Positions 27,788-37,876 of a DNA stretch of 64,000 bases are shown piece after piece. Under the pieces are notes generated by a model. The model searched no databases, was not told the DNA's origin, and saw only the letters and a list, made by a program, of their open reading frames with translations. The stretch covers positions 15,762 through 79,761 of the forward strand of contig JBJTDB010000374.1 in the NCBI GenBank assembly GCA_046092145.1, written 5' to 3'. Each line of letters begins with the position of its first letter. The stretch's first letter is position 1. The stretch comes from Planctomycetia bacterium (lineage in GTDB: Bacteria > Planctomycetota > Planctomycetia > Pirellulales > UBA1268). The position numbers and the translations under genes were made by a program.

Positions 27788-28906
27788 CTACCGGTCGTAG
27801 ATCCGATACTTCTTCGTCACGAGCGCCCCGCCGCGTTCGAGCGTCCGCTTCGAGAGGTGGTTGCTTTCGAGCACCCAGGAAAACTCCACCTCGTCCATGC
27901 CCCAGTCATAGAGCCGCGGCACGAGCGCGGCGTGCAGCACGAGCCCGACACCCCATGATTGATACTCGGGGATCACATTGGTGCTGATCGCCCGCATCCG
28001 CTTGATCGCCCGCTTGTTCCAGAGCAGCTTCAGGAACCCGAAGGGAAAGAGCCGGCCGTTGATCGCCTTGATCCTCGGGTTGTAGTCGAGGAGGCAGAAG
28101 ACCGTGCCGATCGGCTTGCCTTCCGCCTCGGCGACAAGCGCGAGCTCCGGCACGATCAGGTGCTTCATGCTCGCGGCCATGTGGTTCACCTCGCCCGGCG
28201 TGAGCGGCACGAAGCCCCATGTGCCGCCGAGGCTCGAGTTGTAGATGTCGAGGAACATCCGCACTTCCTCGTCGAACCGCTTCCGGTCGAGCGGTCGCAC
28301 CGTCACGCCGAAGCGTTCCTTCACCCCCTCCACCATTACGCCAAGTTTCTTGTCGATCGTTTCGAGCATCGACAAGCGGCCCCAGAAGGCGTAGAGGTCT
28401 TCGGCCTTGTGGAAGCCGTTGGCCTCGACGAGGCCGGCGTAGTAGGGCTTGTTGTGCGTCATCATGAAGAAGGGGGGTGTGTCGAAGCCCTCCGTCAGCA
28501 GGCCGCATTCGTAGTTGAGCGAAGGATTCGTCGGGCCGCGCACGCTCGTCATGCCCTGGCCGGCCAGCCAGTCGGAGGCCGCGCCGAAGAGGGCCCGGGC
28601 CGCGGCGGGGTCGTCGTCGCACTCGAAAAACCCGAAGAAGCCCCTCTGCTCCCCGTGCCGTTCGATGTGTCCGGCGTTGACGATCGCGGTGATCCGGCCG
28701 ACGTCGGTGCCGCCACGGGTGGCGAGGAACGACCGGCTTCGCGACTTCTCATAGAAGGGATGCGGGCGGAAGCCGAGAAGCTCTTCCTGGGCCATCACGA
28801 GGGGTGGCATCCAGCAGGGGTCGTCTCGGTAGATCCGCCAGGGGAGCCGGACGAACCGCTTCTGCTCCGACCGGCTCTCCACCGGCCTTACCGCAAGATC
28901 CGCCAC
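27788..28906 (-). CDS. GNAT-like N-acetyltransferase family protein
   Basis: About 370-aa family pattern RFVRLPWRIYRDDPCWMPPL...GFFGFFEC. GTG 28906 lies 8 nt after GGAGGA; TTG 28921 is an alternative start. Confidence 0.65.
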   Translation of the reverse strand: MADLAVRPVESRSEQKRFVRLPWRIYRDDPCWMPPLVMAQEELLGFRPHPFYEKSRSRSFLATRGGTDVGRITAIVNAGHIERHGEQRGFFGFFECDDDPAAARALFGAASDWLAGQGMTSVRGPTNPSLNYECGLLTEGFDTPPFFMMTHNKPYYAGLVEANGFHKAEDLYAFWGRLSMLETIDKKLGVMVEGVKERFGVTVRPLDRKRFDEEVRMFLDIYNSSLGGTWGFVPLTPGEVNHMAASMKHLIVPELALVAEAEGKPIGTVFCLLDYNPRIKAINGRLFPFGFLKLLWNKRAIKRMRAISTNVIPEYQSWGVGLVLHAALVPRLYDWGMDEVEFSWVLESNHLSKRTLERGGALVTKKYRIYDR

Positions 28907-29141
28907 GCCAGCATCCTCCAAACTGTCTTAACTCGAAGATTTTCAGGACTTTCCGGCACGACCGCGAGCATCTTCGGGGGTGATCGGCTCGTTCGTCAAA
29001 TCCGGTGCCCCCCTCCCTCGTGAAAGTCGCCCCGCCTTTCCAGCCGAATTAGAATCGGTCCGGGTTCACGACGACGGATCGACCAGCCCGGCCATGTGGA
29101 ACGGCCCAAGGAGCGATCCGATCGTGGAAGCATCCATTCGC

Positions 29142-30191
29142 ATGTCGATGTCCGGCGGCCGTGGTATTCCCACGGCCGTCGATTGCCTCGTCACCGGGGC
29201 GACGGGCCTGGTCGGCAACAACGTCGTCCGTCTCCTGCTCAATCGGGGCCGGACCGTGCGGGCCCTCGTGAGGCCGAATCGTGGTGCCGACGATCCCGCC
29301 CTCGCCGGCCTCCCGATCGAAACAGCACACGGCACGCTCGACGACGAGCATTCGCTGCAGTCGGCGATCGACGGAGCATCGTTCGTCGTCCACTCCGCCG
29401 CGATGGTGCATTGCGGATGGAGGCATCTCGACGAGATTCACCGTGTGAATGTCGTCGGCACGGAACTCGTCGCCCGCTGCGCCCGCCGCGCCGGGGCCCG
29501 GATGATCCATGTGTCGAGCGTCGATGCCATCGGCCTGCGTGCCGACGGCGAGCCCGCCGACGAAGAGACGCCCCCGGGCGGCATGCCGGAGTGCCCGTAT
29601 GTGGTGACCAAACGGGATGCGGAGGCGGCCGTGCTCGCGGAGGTGGACCGCGGCCTCGACGCCGTGATCGTCAACCCGGTCTTCATGCTCGGGCCGTGGG
29701 ACTGGACGCCGTCGAGCGGCCGGATGCTCGTGGAGGTGGCCTCCGGCAAGGGGCTCTTCGCGCCTCCGGGCGGCAACGACTTCGTCGATGTCCGCGACGT
29801 GGCCGCGGGAATCATCGCCGCGATGGATCGTGGGCGGGTCGGCCGCCGCTACATCCTCGGCGGGCATCCGCTCTCGTATCTTGAGGCATGGAAGGTGTTC
29901 GCCCGCACGGGCGGTCGCATCCAGCCGCTCGGGGCCGCGGGGCCGATCCTGCTCCGCGTGGCGGGCTTCTTCGGCGATCTGGCCGGGATGGTGAGCCGCC
30001 GCGAGCCGCCCGTGAACTCGGCGGCGGTCACGATGTCGATGCTGCCGCATCATTTTTCGAGCCGCCGTGCCCGCTCGGAACTCGGCTATTCGTTCCGCCC
30101 GTTCGAAGACACGGTTCAGGATGCCTTCGAGTGGTTCGTGGCCCACGGCTACGCCCGGCCGGTGCGTGAACGGACCGTCCTCGTGCGGTAA
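29142..30191 (+). CDS. NAD-dependent epimerase/dehydratase (extended SDR)
   Basis: Rossmann motif LVTGATGLVGNNVV and an active-site YVVTK. The start is ambiguous among ATG 29094, 29142 and 29148. Confidence 0.8.
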   Translation: MSMSGGRGIPTAVDCLVTGATGLVGNNVVRLLLNRGRTVRALVRPNRGADDPALAGLPIETAHGTLDDEHSLQSAIDGASFVVHSAAMVHCGWRHLDEIHRVNVVGTELVARCARRAGARMIHVSSVDAIGLRADGEPADEETPPGGMPECPYVVTKRDAEAAVLAEVDRGLDAVIVNPVFMLGPWDWTPSSGRMLVEVASGKGLFAPPGGNDFVDVRDVAAGIIAAMDRGRVGRRYILGGHPLSYLEAWKVFARTGGRIQPLGAAGPILLRVAGFFGDLAGMVSRREPPVNSAAVTMSMLPHHFSSRRARSELGYSFRPFEDTVQDAFEWFVAHGYARPVRERTVLVR

Positions 30192-30200
30192 GATGCCGCG

Positions 30201-30935
30201 ATGGCCCATATTCTCGTCGTCGAAGACGAGCAGCATCTCGCCATCGGGATCAAGTTCAACCTGGAGTCGGAAGGCTACCGCGTGACGGCGGTGGGCGACG
30301 GCCAGTCGGCCTTGGCCGCGCTGGAGCCGGCTGCTTCGCCGGTCGATCTGGTTGTGCTCGATCTCATGCTCCCGGGCATGAGCGGCTATGCGATCTGCGA
30401 GGCGATCCGGTCGGGAGGCAATCCCGTGCCCGTGGTGATGCTCACCGCCCGCACGCTCGTGGAGGATCGCATCCGCGGGTTCGATGCCGGCACCGATGTC
30501 TATCTCCAGAAGCCGTTCGATCTGGAAGAGCTTCTCTCGGTCATCCGCAACCTGCTCGCGAGGCGACGTCGGGCCGCGGCGTCGGTGGCCGGCGAGGGCA
30601 ACGGAAGCCGGGGCACCATCGTCCACTTCGGCTCGGCCGAGGTGAATTTCGACACCTGGGAGGCGACGGCCGGAGGCGAGGCCGTGCGGCTGACGAGCCT
30701 GGAGATGAAGCTGCTCCGCTATCTCGTGGAGCACGAGGGCGTTGTCGTGTCTCGGGAGGAGCTGCTCAAGAACGTGTGGGGCCTCGCCCGCGCCCCGGCG
30801 ACGCGCACGATCGACACCTTCATGCTCAAGCTGCGGAAATCGTTCGAGGAGGATCCATCGAAGCCGCGGCATTTTCTGTCGGTCCGCGGCACGGGCTACC
30901 GGTTCGTGAAAGACGACGGCGCGGCCGGGCGATGA
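30201..30935 (+). CDS. OmpR/PhoB-family response regulator
   Basis: Receiver domain (ILVVEDE, DLVVLDLMLPGMSG, KPF) plus a winged-helix output (TFMLKLRK...VRGTGYRFV). No adjacent kinase. Confidence 0.9.
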   Translation: MAHILVVEDEQHLAIGIKFNLESEGYRVTAVGDGQSALAALEPAASPVDLVVLDLMLPGMSGYAICEAIRSGGNPVPVVMLTARTLVEDRIRGFDAGTDVYLQKPFDLEELLSVIRNLLARRRRAAASVAGEGNGSRGTIVHFGSAEVNFDTWEATAGGEAVRLTSLEMKLLRYLVEHEGVVVSREELLKNVWGLARAPATRTIDTFMLKLRKSFEEDPSKPRHFLSVRGTGYRFVKDDGAAGR

Positions 30936-30970
30936 CTTGGCGTCCGTGACACTGGCTGAAAGGACCGCCG

Positions 30971-31753
30971 CTACCGGCCGAGGAGACGGGCCGCGGCGGT
31001 GCCTGGGTCGGGCTGCTTGAGCAGCGATTCACCGACGAGCATGGCACCGATTCCCGCCGCCTCGAGCCGCTCGACATCGGCCCGGGTCTTGATCCCGCTC
31101 TCGGCGACCAGCACCACGTCGTCGGGCACGCGATCCCGCAGCCGCATCACATGGCCAAGATCGGTCGTCATCGTCTTGAGGTTGCGGTTGTTGATGCCCA
31201 CGAGCGTGGCCCCCAGATCGAGGACGCGGGAGAGGTTCTCCTCGTCGTGCAATTCCACGAGCGGTGTCATGCCGAGGTCGAGGATGTCGCGATAGAGGCT
31301 CCGCAAAAGGCAGTCGTCGAGGCATTCGGCGATGAGCAGCACGGCATCGGCCCCGTGCGCCCGGGCCTCGAGCACCTGATAGCGATCGATCACGAATTCC
31401 TTGCGGAGAGTCGGCAGCGGCACCGCGATCCGCGCCGCTTCGAGATCGACGAGGCTGCCGCCAAAATCCCAGGCGTCGGTGAGCACGGAGAGCGCCGCGG
31501 CGCCGGCCGCCGCGTAGCCGCGGACGACCTCCTCCACGGTCGCCCCCGGCCTGATCTCCCCCGCCGACGGGCTCTTTCGCTTGAACTCCGCGATCAGGTT
31601 CACGGTTCCCGGCCGCGACACCGCGGCGAAAAAGTCGCGCACGGCCGGGGCCACCGAGAGCCGCCCCTCGAGCGCCGCCGACGGCACCCGCTCCCGCTGC
31701 AGCGCCACCTCCTTGCGCTTCCGCTCGACAATCTGTTCAAGAATCGAGTTCAT
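30971..31753 (-). CDS. trpC: indole-3-glycerol phosphate synthase
   Basis: Hallmark AEFKRKSPSAG plus NNRNL and ESGI motifs. Confidence 0.9.
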   Translation of the reverse strand: MNSILEQIVERKRKEVALQRERVPSAALEGRLSVAPAVRDFFAAVSRPGTVNLIAEFKRKSPSAGEIRPGATVEEVVRGYAAAGAAALSVLTDAWDFGGSLVDLEAARIAVPLPTLRKEFVIDRYQVLEARAHGADAVLLIAECLDDCLLRSLYRDILDLGMTPLVELHDEENLSRVLDLGATLVGINNRNLKTMTTDLGHVMRLRDRVPDDVVLVAESGIKTRADVERLEAAGIGAMLVGESLLKQPDPGTAAARLLGR

Positions 31754-31924
31754 CTCACGGTTATATCAAGTCGGAAGATCGTCGCAGCATCGCGGACATC
31801 ATGCCCTGGCACGGTTCGTCCGACACCCTGCCCAACCATGGGCTGCCATGCTGGAGGCAATGGATCCCTTCCGACCGGAGGTCGGCAAGGAAACCGAGGC
31901 CATGGATGGCGAGGTTCCGTAAAC

Positions 31925-33589
31925 CTAGTGTCTGAAGTGCCGCCGGTCCGTGAACACCATCGGGATTCCGGCCGCATCAGCCGCCGCGATCACCTCCGCA
32001 TCCCGCTTCGATCCACCCGGCTGCACGACGGCGGCGATGCCGGCCCGCGCGATCAGATCGATCGAGTCGGGGAATGGGAAGAAGGCGTCGGAGGCGAGCA
32101 CGGCGCCGCGGGCCCGATCGCCCGCCTTCTCCAGCGCGATTCGCACCGAGTCCACACGGCTCGTCTGGCCGATCCCCGCGCCGACGAGGCTCGTCCCCTG
32201 GCAGACGCAGATCGCGTTGCTCGTCAGCCGGCGAACGATCGTGAAGGCGAAGTCGAGGGCCGGCGTGAGGTCGGCCGGCGGAGACGTCTTCGTGACCGTC
32301 CGCCAGAGCGACGGATCGTCGGGCGTATCGTCGGGGCGTTGGGCGAGCAGGGCGCCGGCGACGCCGCGGAGTTCGAGCCCGTTGGTCGCGTCCCACGGAT
32401 TGCCAGGGGGCACCTCCACCATCCGCACGCTCGCCTTCCATGTCGGCTTCGTCGTGAGCAATTCGACCGCCGACCGTTCGAACGCCGGCGCGGCGATCAC
32501 CTCGACGAACAGGCCCGGGGCGAGCAGTCGCTCGGCACAGGCGCGGTCGAACGTGCGGTTGACCGCCACGATCGAGCCGAAGGCGCTCGTCGGATCGGCC
32601 GCCATCGCGGTGGCCAGCGCCTTGTCGATCGCCGAGTCGCTGGCGGCACCGCACGGATTGGTGTGCTTGATGACCACGGCGCCCGGCTCCTCGATCAGGT
32701 TCGCCAGCCGCACGGCGGCATCGAGGTCGAGCAGGTTGTTGTAGGAAAGCTCCTTGCCGCACAGCTGCGTCAGGCCCGCGAGGCCGAGCTTCGTTCCGGC
32801 GGGGGCGTAGAGGAGGGCCGCCTGGTGTGGATTCTCGCCGTAGCGGAGCGGAAGCCGCTGCTCGAGGTCGAGCGAGAACCGCGCGGGCAGCGGGATTGCA
32901 TGCTGCTCGCCCACGGCCGGGGTCGCCGCCGTCGCCACGAGCCCCGCATGCCGGGCCATCCATCGGGCGATCACGGAATCGTAGCCGGCCGTGTGCTCGA
33001 AGGCGCGGGCCGCGAAGAGACGACGTTCGGCGAGTGACGTGCCGCCACGACCGATCGCCGCGAGAAAATCGTCGTATTGGTCGGGATGGGTGACGACGGC
33101 CGTGAAGGCATGGTTCTTCGCGGCCGCCCGCACGAGGCTCGGGCCTCCGATGTCGATCAGTTCGATCGCCTCAGGGGCCGTGCAATCCGGCTTGGCGATC
33201 ACGCTTTCGAAGGCGTAGAGATTGACGATCACCGCGTCGAACCGTTCGATGCCGTGCTCCGCGAGCACCTCGAGATCGTCGGCACGATCGCCGCGGGCGA
33301 GGATGCCGGCGAAGATGTTGGGGTGGAGCGTCTTCACGCGGCCATCGAGCACCTCGGGAAACCCGGTGATGGCCGAGACATCCTCCACGGCAAGGCCGTG
33401 GGCGGCCAGCGCCGAGGCCGTGCCGCCGGTGCTGGCGACGCGGACGCCCGCCGCCTTCAGCCCCTTGGCGAGCCGGTCGATGCCGGTCTTGTCGAAGACG
33501 CTCACGAGCACCCGTCGGACGGGGACGATATCGACGCTCGGGGCGGTGGCGGCATGGCCGCCGTGCGGTGCGGTAGGTGTTTGATTCAT
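31925..33589 (-). CDS. purH: bifunctional AICAR transformylase/IMP cyclohydrolase
   Basis: MGS-like N-terminus VLVSVFDKTG, GRVKTLHP, a C-terminal AICARFT domain, and the ending RHFRH. Start at ATG 33589. Confidence 0.92.
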   Translation of the reverse strand: MNQTPTAPHGGHAATAPSVDIVPVRRVLVSVFDKTGIDRLAKGLKAAGVRVASTGGTASALAAHGLAVEDVSAITGFPEVLDGRVKTLHPNIFAGILARGDRADDLEVLAEHGIERFDAVIVNLYAFESVIAKPDCTAPEAIELIDIGGPSLVRAAAKNHAFTAVVTHPDQYDDFLAAIGRGGTSLAERRLFAARAFEHTAGYDSVIARWMARHAGLVATAATPAVGEQHAIPLPARFSLDLEQRLPLRYGENPHQAALLYAPAGTKLGLAGLTQLCGKELSYNNLLDLDAAVRLANLIEEPGAVVIKHTNPCGAASDSAIDKALATAMAADPTSAFGSIVAVNRTFDRACAERLLAPGLFVEVIAAPAFERSAVELLTTKPTWKASVRMVEVPPGNPWDATNGLELRGVAGALLAQRPDDTPDDPSLWRTVTKTSPPADLTPALDFAFTIVRRLTSNAICVCQGTSLVGAGIGQTSRVDSVRIALEKAGDRARGAVLASDAFFPFPDSIDLIARAGIAAVVQPGGSKRDAEVIAAADAAGIPMVFTDRRHFRH

Positions 33590-33652
33590 GGCTCGATTAG
33601 AACAGTCACACGTCGATCGGAAAGGCCCGCCGCTCCCGGCCCGGGTTCGCCC

Positions 33653-35053
33653 ATGAACGCTCATCCCGAATCGCCGGCGGCCACCCCGGCCGCCTCGCTC
33701 GCCCGCCGCAACACGGCGCTCTTCGTGGCGTTTCGGATTCTTTTCAACGTCCGGTTCTACTATCCCGTCTTCATGGTGATGTTCCTCGATTTCGGGGTCA
33801 CCCTCGAGCAGTTCGGCATCCTCAATGCCGTCTGGGCCGCCGCGATCGTGCTGCTGGAGGTTCCGTCGGGGGCGCTGGCCGATCTCGTCGGCCGTCGGCG
33901 ATTGCTCGTGGCCTCCGCCGGGCTGATGGTGGTCGAGATGCTGCTATTGTGCCTTGTGCCGGTGCCGTCGCGATGGGTCTTTCCGGCCCTCCTGCTCAAC
34001 CGGATCGTGAGCGGCGCCGCGGAGGCGCTCGCCTCCGGCGCCGACGAGGCGCTGGCCTACGATTCGCTGCAGGCCGCCGGCCGATCGGCCGAGTGGCCGA
34101 AGGTGCTCGAAACCTTGATGCAGGCCGGTGCCATCGTGACGATCGCCACGATGGTGACCGGAAGCCTGCTCTATGACCCGGCACCGCTCAACATGCTGGC
34201 CGGCGCCGTCGGCCTCCCCCCCACGCTCACGGCGGCCGACACGTTCCGGCTCCCGGTGTGGCTCACGCTCGGATCGGCCCTGGCCGCCGTCGCGGCGACG
34301 CTCGCCATGCGGGAGCCGCCGCGCGAGAGGACCTCTACGACCATCGGCCTGCTCGCCCCGTTTCGCGAGACGATCGCAACGGGTTCGTGGATCCTCGCCC
34401 ATCCCCTCGTGCTCGCCGTGATCATGGCGGGCGTGCTGTGCGACCAGCCGATCCGCCAACTGCTCGTCGTCTCCAGCGAGATCTATCGCGAGATCGCCAT
34501 TCCGGCGCCGGCCTTCGGGCTCGTCGGCGCCCTGTCGGCCGCGGTGGGCCTGCTGGCCGCGGGCCCGATCCGTCGATTGGCGATCCAGGCGAACCCGCGA
34601 CGCAACTTCGTCGTGCTCGTCGCCGTCACGCTCGCCGGCCTCGTCGGCACGGCGTTGTTCGTGCCCGTGTGGGGCGTGGCGTTTGCGATCCTCCTCTCGC
34701 TCACGATGCGCATGGTCGTCTTCCTGCAGAGCCATTATCTCAATCAGCTCGTCGGCTCCGACCGCCGGGCGACCGTGCTGAGTTTTCGGGGGCTGGCGGT
34801 CAACGTGGGCTATGGACTCATGAGCCTCGGGTTTGCCGCCGCGGGGCTCGCGACGACGGAAGCCACCGACCGCATCCCCGCCTTCCGCGCCGCCGTCGCG
34901 CTGCTGCCGGTCTCGTTTGTCGTCCTCTGCGGCCTCTTTCTCGGCTGGGTCTCCCGCGCCGTCCGCGACCGCAGCCTCCTGGCCCGCGACGGCGGCTTCG
35001 AGATCGCGTCGGAACCCGCCGCTACGCCGCTCCCGGCAGTTCCACCTCCATGA
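33653..35053 (+). CDS. MFS transporter
   Basis: About 12 hydrophobic segments with the MFS loop motif GALADLVGRRRLL. Start at ATG 33653. Confidence 0.75.
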   Translation: MNAHPESPAATPAASLARRNTALFVAFRILFNVRFYYPVFMVMFLDFGVTLEQFGILNAVWAAAIVLLEVPSGALADLVGRRRLLVASAGLMVVEMLLLCLVPVPSRWVFPALLLNRIVSGAAEALASGADEALAYDSLQAAGRSAEWPKVLETLMQAGAIVTIATMVTGSLLYDPAPLNMLAGAVGLPPTLTAADTFRLPVWLTLGSALAAVAATLAMREPPRERTSTTIGLLAPFRETIATGSWILAHPLVLAVIMAGVLCDQPIRQLLVVSSEIYREIAIPAPAFGLVGALSAAVGLLAAGPIRRLAIQANPRRNFVVLVAVTLAGLVGTALFVPVWGVAFAILLSLTMRMVVFLQSHYLNQLVGSDRRATVLSFRGLAVNVGYGLMSLGFAAAGLATTEATDRIPAFRAAVALLPVSFVVLCGLFLGWVSRAVRDRSLLARDGGFEIASEPAATPLPAVPPP

Positions 35054-35942
35054 CCGTGCCGCGTTCGAGGAACCGACCCTTCACGGTCACTCGTCCGCGG
35101 AGCTGACGCACGAGCGAACGGACGAGAAAGAGCCCCAGTCCGGTGCCCGGCTTCGAACGCTCCAGTTCGCTCCCCAGTCGGACAAAGCGGCGAAAGACAT
35201 GGGAACGCTGCGAGATCGGAATGCCGGGGCCGTTGTCGGCGACCCGCACGAGCACCTTCCCATCGGGCATGCGCTGCGCCGTCACATCGACCTGCGGCTC
35301 CGGGAGCGAATACTTCACGGCGTTGTCGATCAGGTTGCGAAACACGATCTCGAGATCGGCCTCGCGTCCGCGAACCGTCAGGCCCCCCCCGGTGTCGCAG
35401 TCGAGACGAACGCACGATTCGTCCACGCCATGCCGCTGCGTTGCCGTCGCACAGGCCCGCTCCAGCACCGGTTCGAGCGACGCGATCTCGTCGGATCCCG
35501 CCGGCCGGCGTTGCAGCGTCTTGGCCGCGTCGAGCAAGTGGTCGATAAGCGTGTCGAGCCGCTCGACATCCTGGAGCATGAACCGATGCAAGTCGGCCTG
35601 CTGGTCGGGCGGCACCGCCCGCCGGGTCAGCGTCTGCAGATAGAGCTTGAGCGATGCCAGCGGGCTTTTCAGTTCGTGGGTCACGCTATCGATGAAATTG
35701 CTCTGCCGCTGCGAGAGGGCGATCGCCTTCACCGTGAGCGCGAGATAGACGATCACCCCGACGAGCACCAGCACGAGCAGGGCCACCCCCACCCCCATCG
35801 CCGCCCAGTAGAAGGCAGCGTTTTCCGACCCGAGGGCCGCGGCGATGCTGACGAGCACCCAGCCGACGCCCAGCGCGATGATCGATCCGATGAGCACGAT
35901 GCCAAGCAGGATCGGCCAGCCGAGCGAGCGACGCGGTTCCAC
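35022..35942 (-). CDS. sensor histidine kinase (two TM segments, HisKA + HATPase_c)
   Basis: H-box SVTHELKSPL, N-box FRNLIDNAVKYS, G-boxes VADNGPGIP and GTGLGL. GTG start at 35942. The 3' end overlaps the MFS gene by 32 nt. Confidence 0.85.
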   Translation of the reverse strand: MEPRRSLGWPILLGIVLIGSIIALGVGWVLVSIAAALGSENAAFYWAAMGVGVALLVLVLVGVIVYLALTVKAIALSQRQSNFIDSVTHELKSPLASLKLYLQTLTRRAVPPDQQADLHRFMLQDVERLDTLIDHLLDAAKTLQRRPAGSDEIASLEPVLERACATATQRHGVDESCVRLDCDTGGGLTVRGREADLEIVFRNLIDNAVKYSLPEPQVDVTAQRMPDGKVLVRVADNGPGIPISQRSHVFRRFVRLGSELERSKPGTGLGLFLVRSLVRQLRGRVTVKGRFLERGTVMEVELPGAA

Positions 35943-36023
35943 GAGATGCTCCGAGGCGGTCTGCCGAACGGCCGACGTTTCCGTATGCTACCGGCTCGTG
36001 GGCGAAGGCCCATCCAGAAACCC

Positions 36024-36506
36024 ATGCCCACCCCTCAGCCTTCCATCACGATCGGCCCCGTCACCGTCCGGTTCACATGGATGGGCGACCGCTGGTCGCA
36101 CGAGGTGAGCGTGGGCGAGGGGCATGTGTGGCGATCGGTTGAAGGCCCGCGGGCGGCCGATGGCGACGATCGCTGGCCGGCCTCTCCCGTGCTCGTCGAA
36201 CTCTCCCCGATCGAGACGGCCTCCGGCCCGGCGATCCTCGGCGTGGGCCGTGCCGGGCGATCCCACTTTTCGGCGAGCATCGGGGCCGATCCCATCCACC
36301 CAGGCCATGTGCGTTTTGAGATCGCATGCCGGGTGGCCGAGCCGCCCGCCTGGCTCGGATCGACCTATCATGCCGCCGGTGGCCGGGTGGTCGTGGAGCC
36401 CTCCGACGGGCCCGGGAACCTGCCCGCCACGATCGAGTGGAGCTATGCTTTTGGAGCCGCGGGGCTCGTGGCTTGCGATCGCCCCCGGAATTGGTCAGAT
36501 TCGTGA
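36024..36506 (+). CDS. hypothetical protein
   Basis: 160-aa ORF with W-rich, beta-like composition. The competing antisense ORF is an R/G-rich shadow. Confidence 0.5.
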   Translation: MPTPQPSITIGPVTVRFTWMGDRWSHEVSVGEGHVWRSVEGPRAADGDDRWPASPVLVELSPIETASGPAILGVGRAGRSHFSASIGADPIHPGHVRFEIACRVAEPPAWLGSTYHAAGGRVVVEPSDGPGNLPATIEWSYAFGAAGLVACDRPRNWSDS

Positions 36507-36561
36507 AGGTTTTCCGGCGGCTCTTCCTCCGGATCCGTCTCCTCATCCAGTGGAAAAAGCC

Positions 36562-37173
36562 ATGTTCGACGTCATCGAACGCCTGAAGTCGGAGTGGACC
36601 GACAAGTACGTGGTCATCGACTCCCGCGCCCCCGAGCTGGCCCGCTTCGCGAAGACCACCGGGCAGGTCAAGACCGTCAACATGAACGGCCGCTGCCTGG
36701 TCGAGTTCGATCAATACAACAACATCGGCTGGTACGACATCGATCCCTCGGCCTTGAAGATCGTTCCCAAGCCGCTCCCCAAGCCGCCCGAGGCGAAGCC
36801 CGCGAAGGCCGCCGCGCCGGCCAAGCCCGCACCTGCCAAACCAACCGCCGCCAAGCCCGCGGCCGGCAAGCCCTCCACCGCCGATATCCTCGCCGCCGCG
36901 CGCGGCAAGGGAGCGGGAGCCGCTGCGGCCAAGCCGGCAGGCAGCCGGCCCTCCACGGCCGAGATTCTCGCAGCCGCCCGCGGTGCATCGGCGGCACCGG
37001 CCGCAAAGGCTCCTGCGCCGGCCCCGGCGGTCGAGGAAGCGGCTTCCGACGAGCCCGCAGCCGCGCCGGCACCGGTCGTGAAGGCAAAGGCTGCCAAGCC
37101 GGCCGCCGGTCCGATGCCCACCACGACATCCGAAAAAATCGCCTGGTGTCGGGCCCACGACGCCAAGGGCTGA
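36562..37173 (+). CDS. hypothetical protein with P/A/K-rich region and triple ILAAAR-type motif
   Basis: A compact 68-aa N-terminal domain is followed by (P/A/K)n low complexity. This is punctuated by STADILAAARGKG, STAEILAAARGAS and a terminal TSEKIAWCRAHDAKG. Confidence 0.6.
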   Translation: MFDVIERLKSEWTDKYVVIDSRAPELARFAKTTGQVKTVNMNGRCLVEFDQYNNIGWYDIDPSALKIVPKPLPKPPEAKPAKAAAPAKPAPAKPTAAKPAAGKPSTADILAAARGKGAGAAAAKPAGSRPSTAEILAAARGASAAPAAKAPAPAPAVEEAASDEPAAAPAPVVKAKAAKPAAGPMPTTTSEKIAWCRAHDAKG

Positions 37174-37259
37174 TCGTCCCCTTTCACCCGCGATCGCCTG
37201 CGACCCATCGTCGGGCGCGACAGACACGTTCAGGCCAGACACGTTCAGGAGGAACGCCG

Positions 37260-37727
37260 ATGCTTCGAAGGACCGCCGTTTGTTGTGCTTTCCTGCTCGC
37301 CATGGCCGGCTGCAGCCGGCTCTCGAGCCATCCGGTCGTAGCCGCCGCCAAGGACGAGGTTTCGAAAAACGCCCGCGTCGCGGCCGTGCTCGGTGAAAGG
37401 ATCGAGTTCAGCCCGTCGATCGTCGGCCGTGCCAACGAGACCGACGGCATCGCGGCGATGCAGTTCGAGGCCACCGGGCCGAAGGGCAAGGGATTGGTGG
37501 TGGTCGAGGGCAAGAAGCTCGGCAAGGAATGGGGCGTCACGCTCCTGGAAATCCGACCCGCCGGTGGAGGGGAGCACCTGCATCTCACGGCCGACCTCGA
37601 GGAGCGAACCGGCGTCGATACGCCGAAATTCGATCCCACGGCCAAGCCCACCAGTTCGTCACCGGCTCCGCCCCCCGGCGACATCGAGATCACGATCCCA
37701 TCCGGTGGGCCGGGCGGCGAAGGCTGA
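37260..37727 (+). CDS. lipoprotein, Coa1/Tim21-like fold suspected
   Basis: AGGAGG lies 7 nt upstream of the ATG. Lipobox LLAMAGC. The pattern VAAVLGERIEFS...ATGPKGKGLVVVEGKK..EWGVTLLEI resembles the Coa1-type domain. Confidence 0.65.
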   Translation: MLRRTAVCCAFLLAMAGCSRLSSHPVVAAAKDEVSKNARVAAVLGERIEFSPSIVGRANETDGIAAMQFEATGPKGKGLVVVEGKKLGKEWGVTLLEIRPAGGGEHLHLTADLEERTGVDTPKFDPTAKPTSSSPAPPPGDIEITIPSGGPGGEG

Positions 37728-37792
37728 TCGGAAAAGCCGGCGATTCTCGCCGGACATCGCGACGGCAAAGCATGCCGGTCGTGACGGCCATG

Positions 37793-37814
37793 CAGGCAAA
37801 AAACGCCTGTTTTT
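37793..37814 (+). terminator. weak intrinsic terminator candidate
   Basis: caggc-aaaaaac-gcctg followed by ttttt, about 65 nt after the lipoprotein stop. The stem is short. Confidence 0.3.
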
Positions 37815-37842
37815 CGAGGCCGAAAATCTTGTTCAAAAATGT

Positions 37843-37870
37843 TTGACTCGCGTCATCCGACGTCCATAAT
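37843..37870 (+). promoter_or_regulatory. sigma70-like promoter
   Basis: TTGACT-N16-CATAAT within the most AT-rich patch of the window (cttgttcaaaaatgTTTGACT...). Confidence 0.5.
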
Positions 37871-37876
37871 GCGGTC

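Noticed and set aside
31890-31915. Short match (gccatggatggcgag) to the core of family A in the trpC-purH spacer
   Set aside because: Only about 15 nt are shared, with no flanking inverted termini or inner hairpins. This is too short to call a copy.
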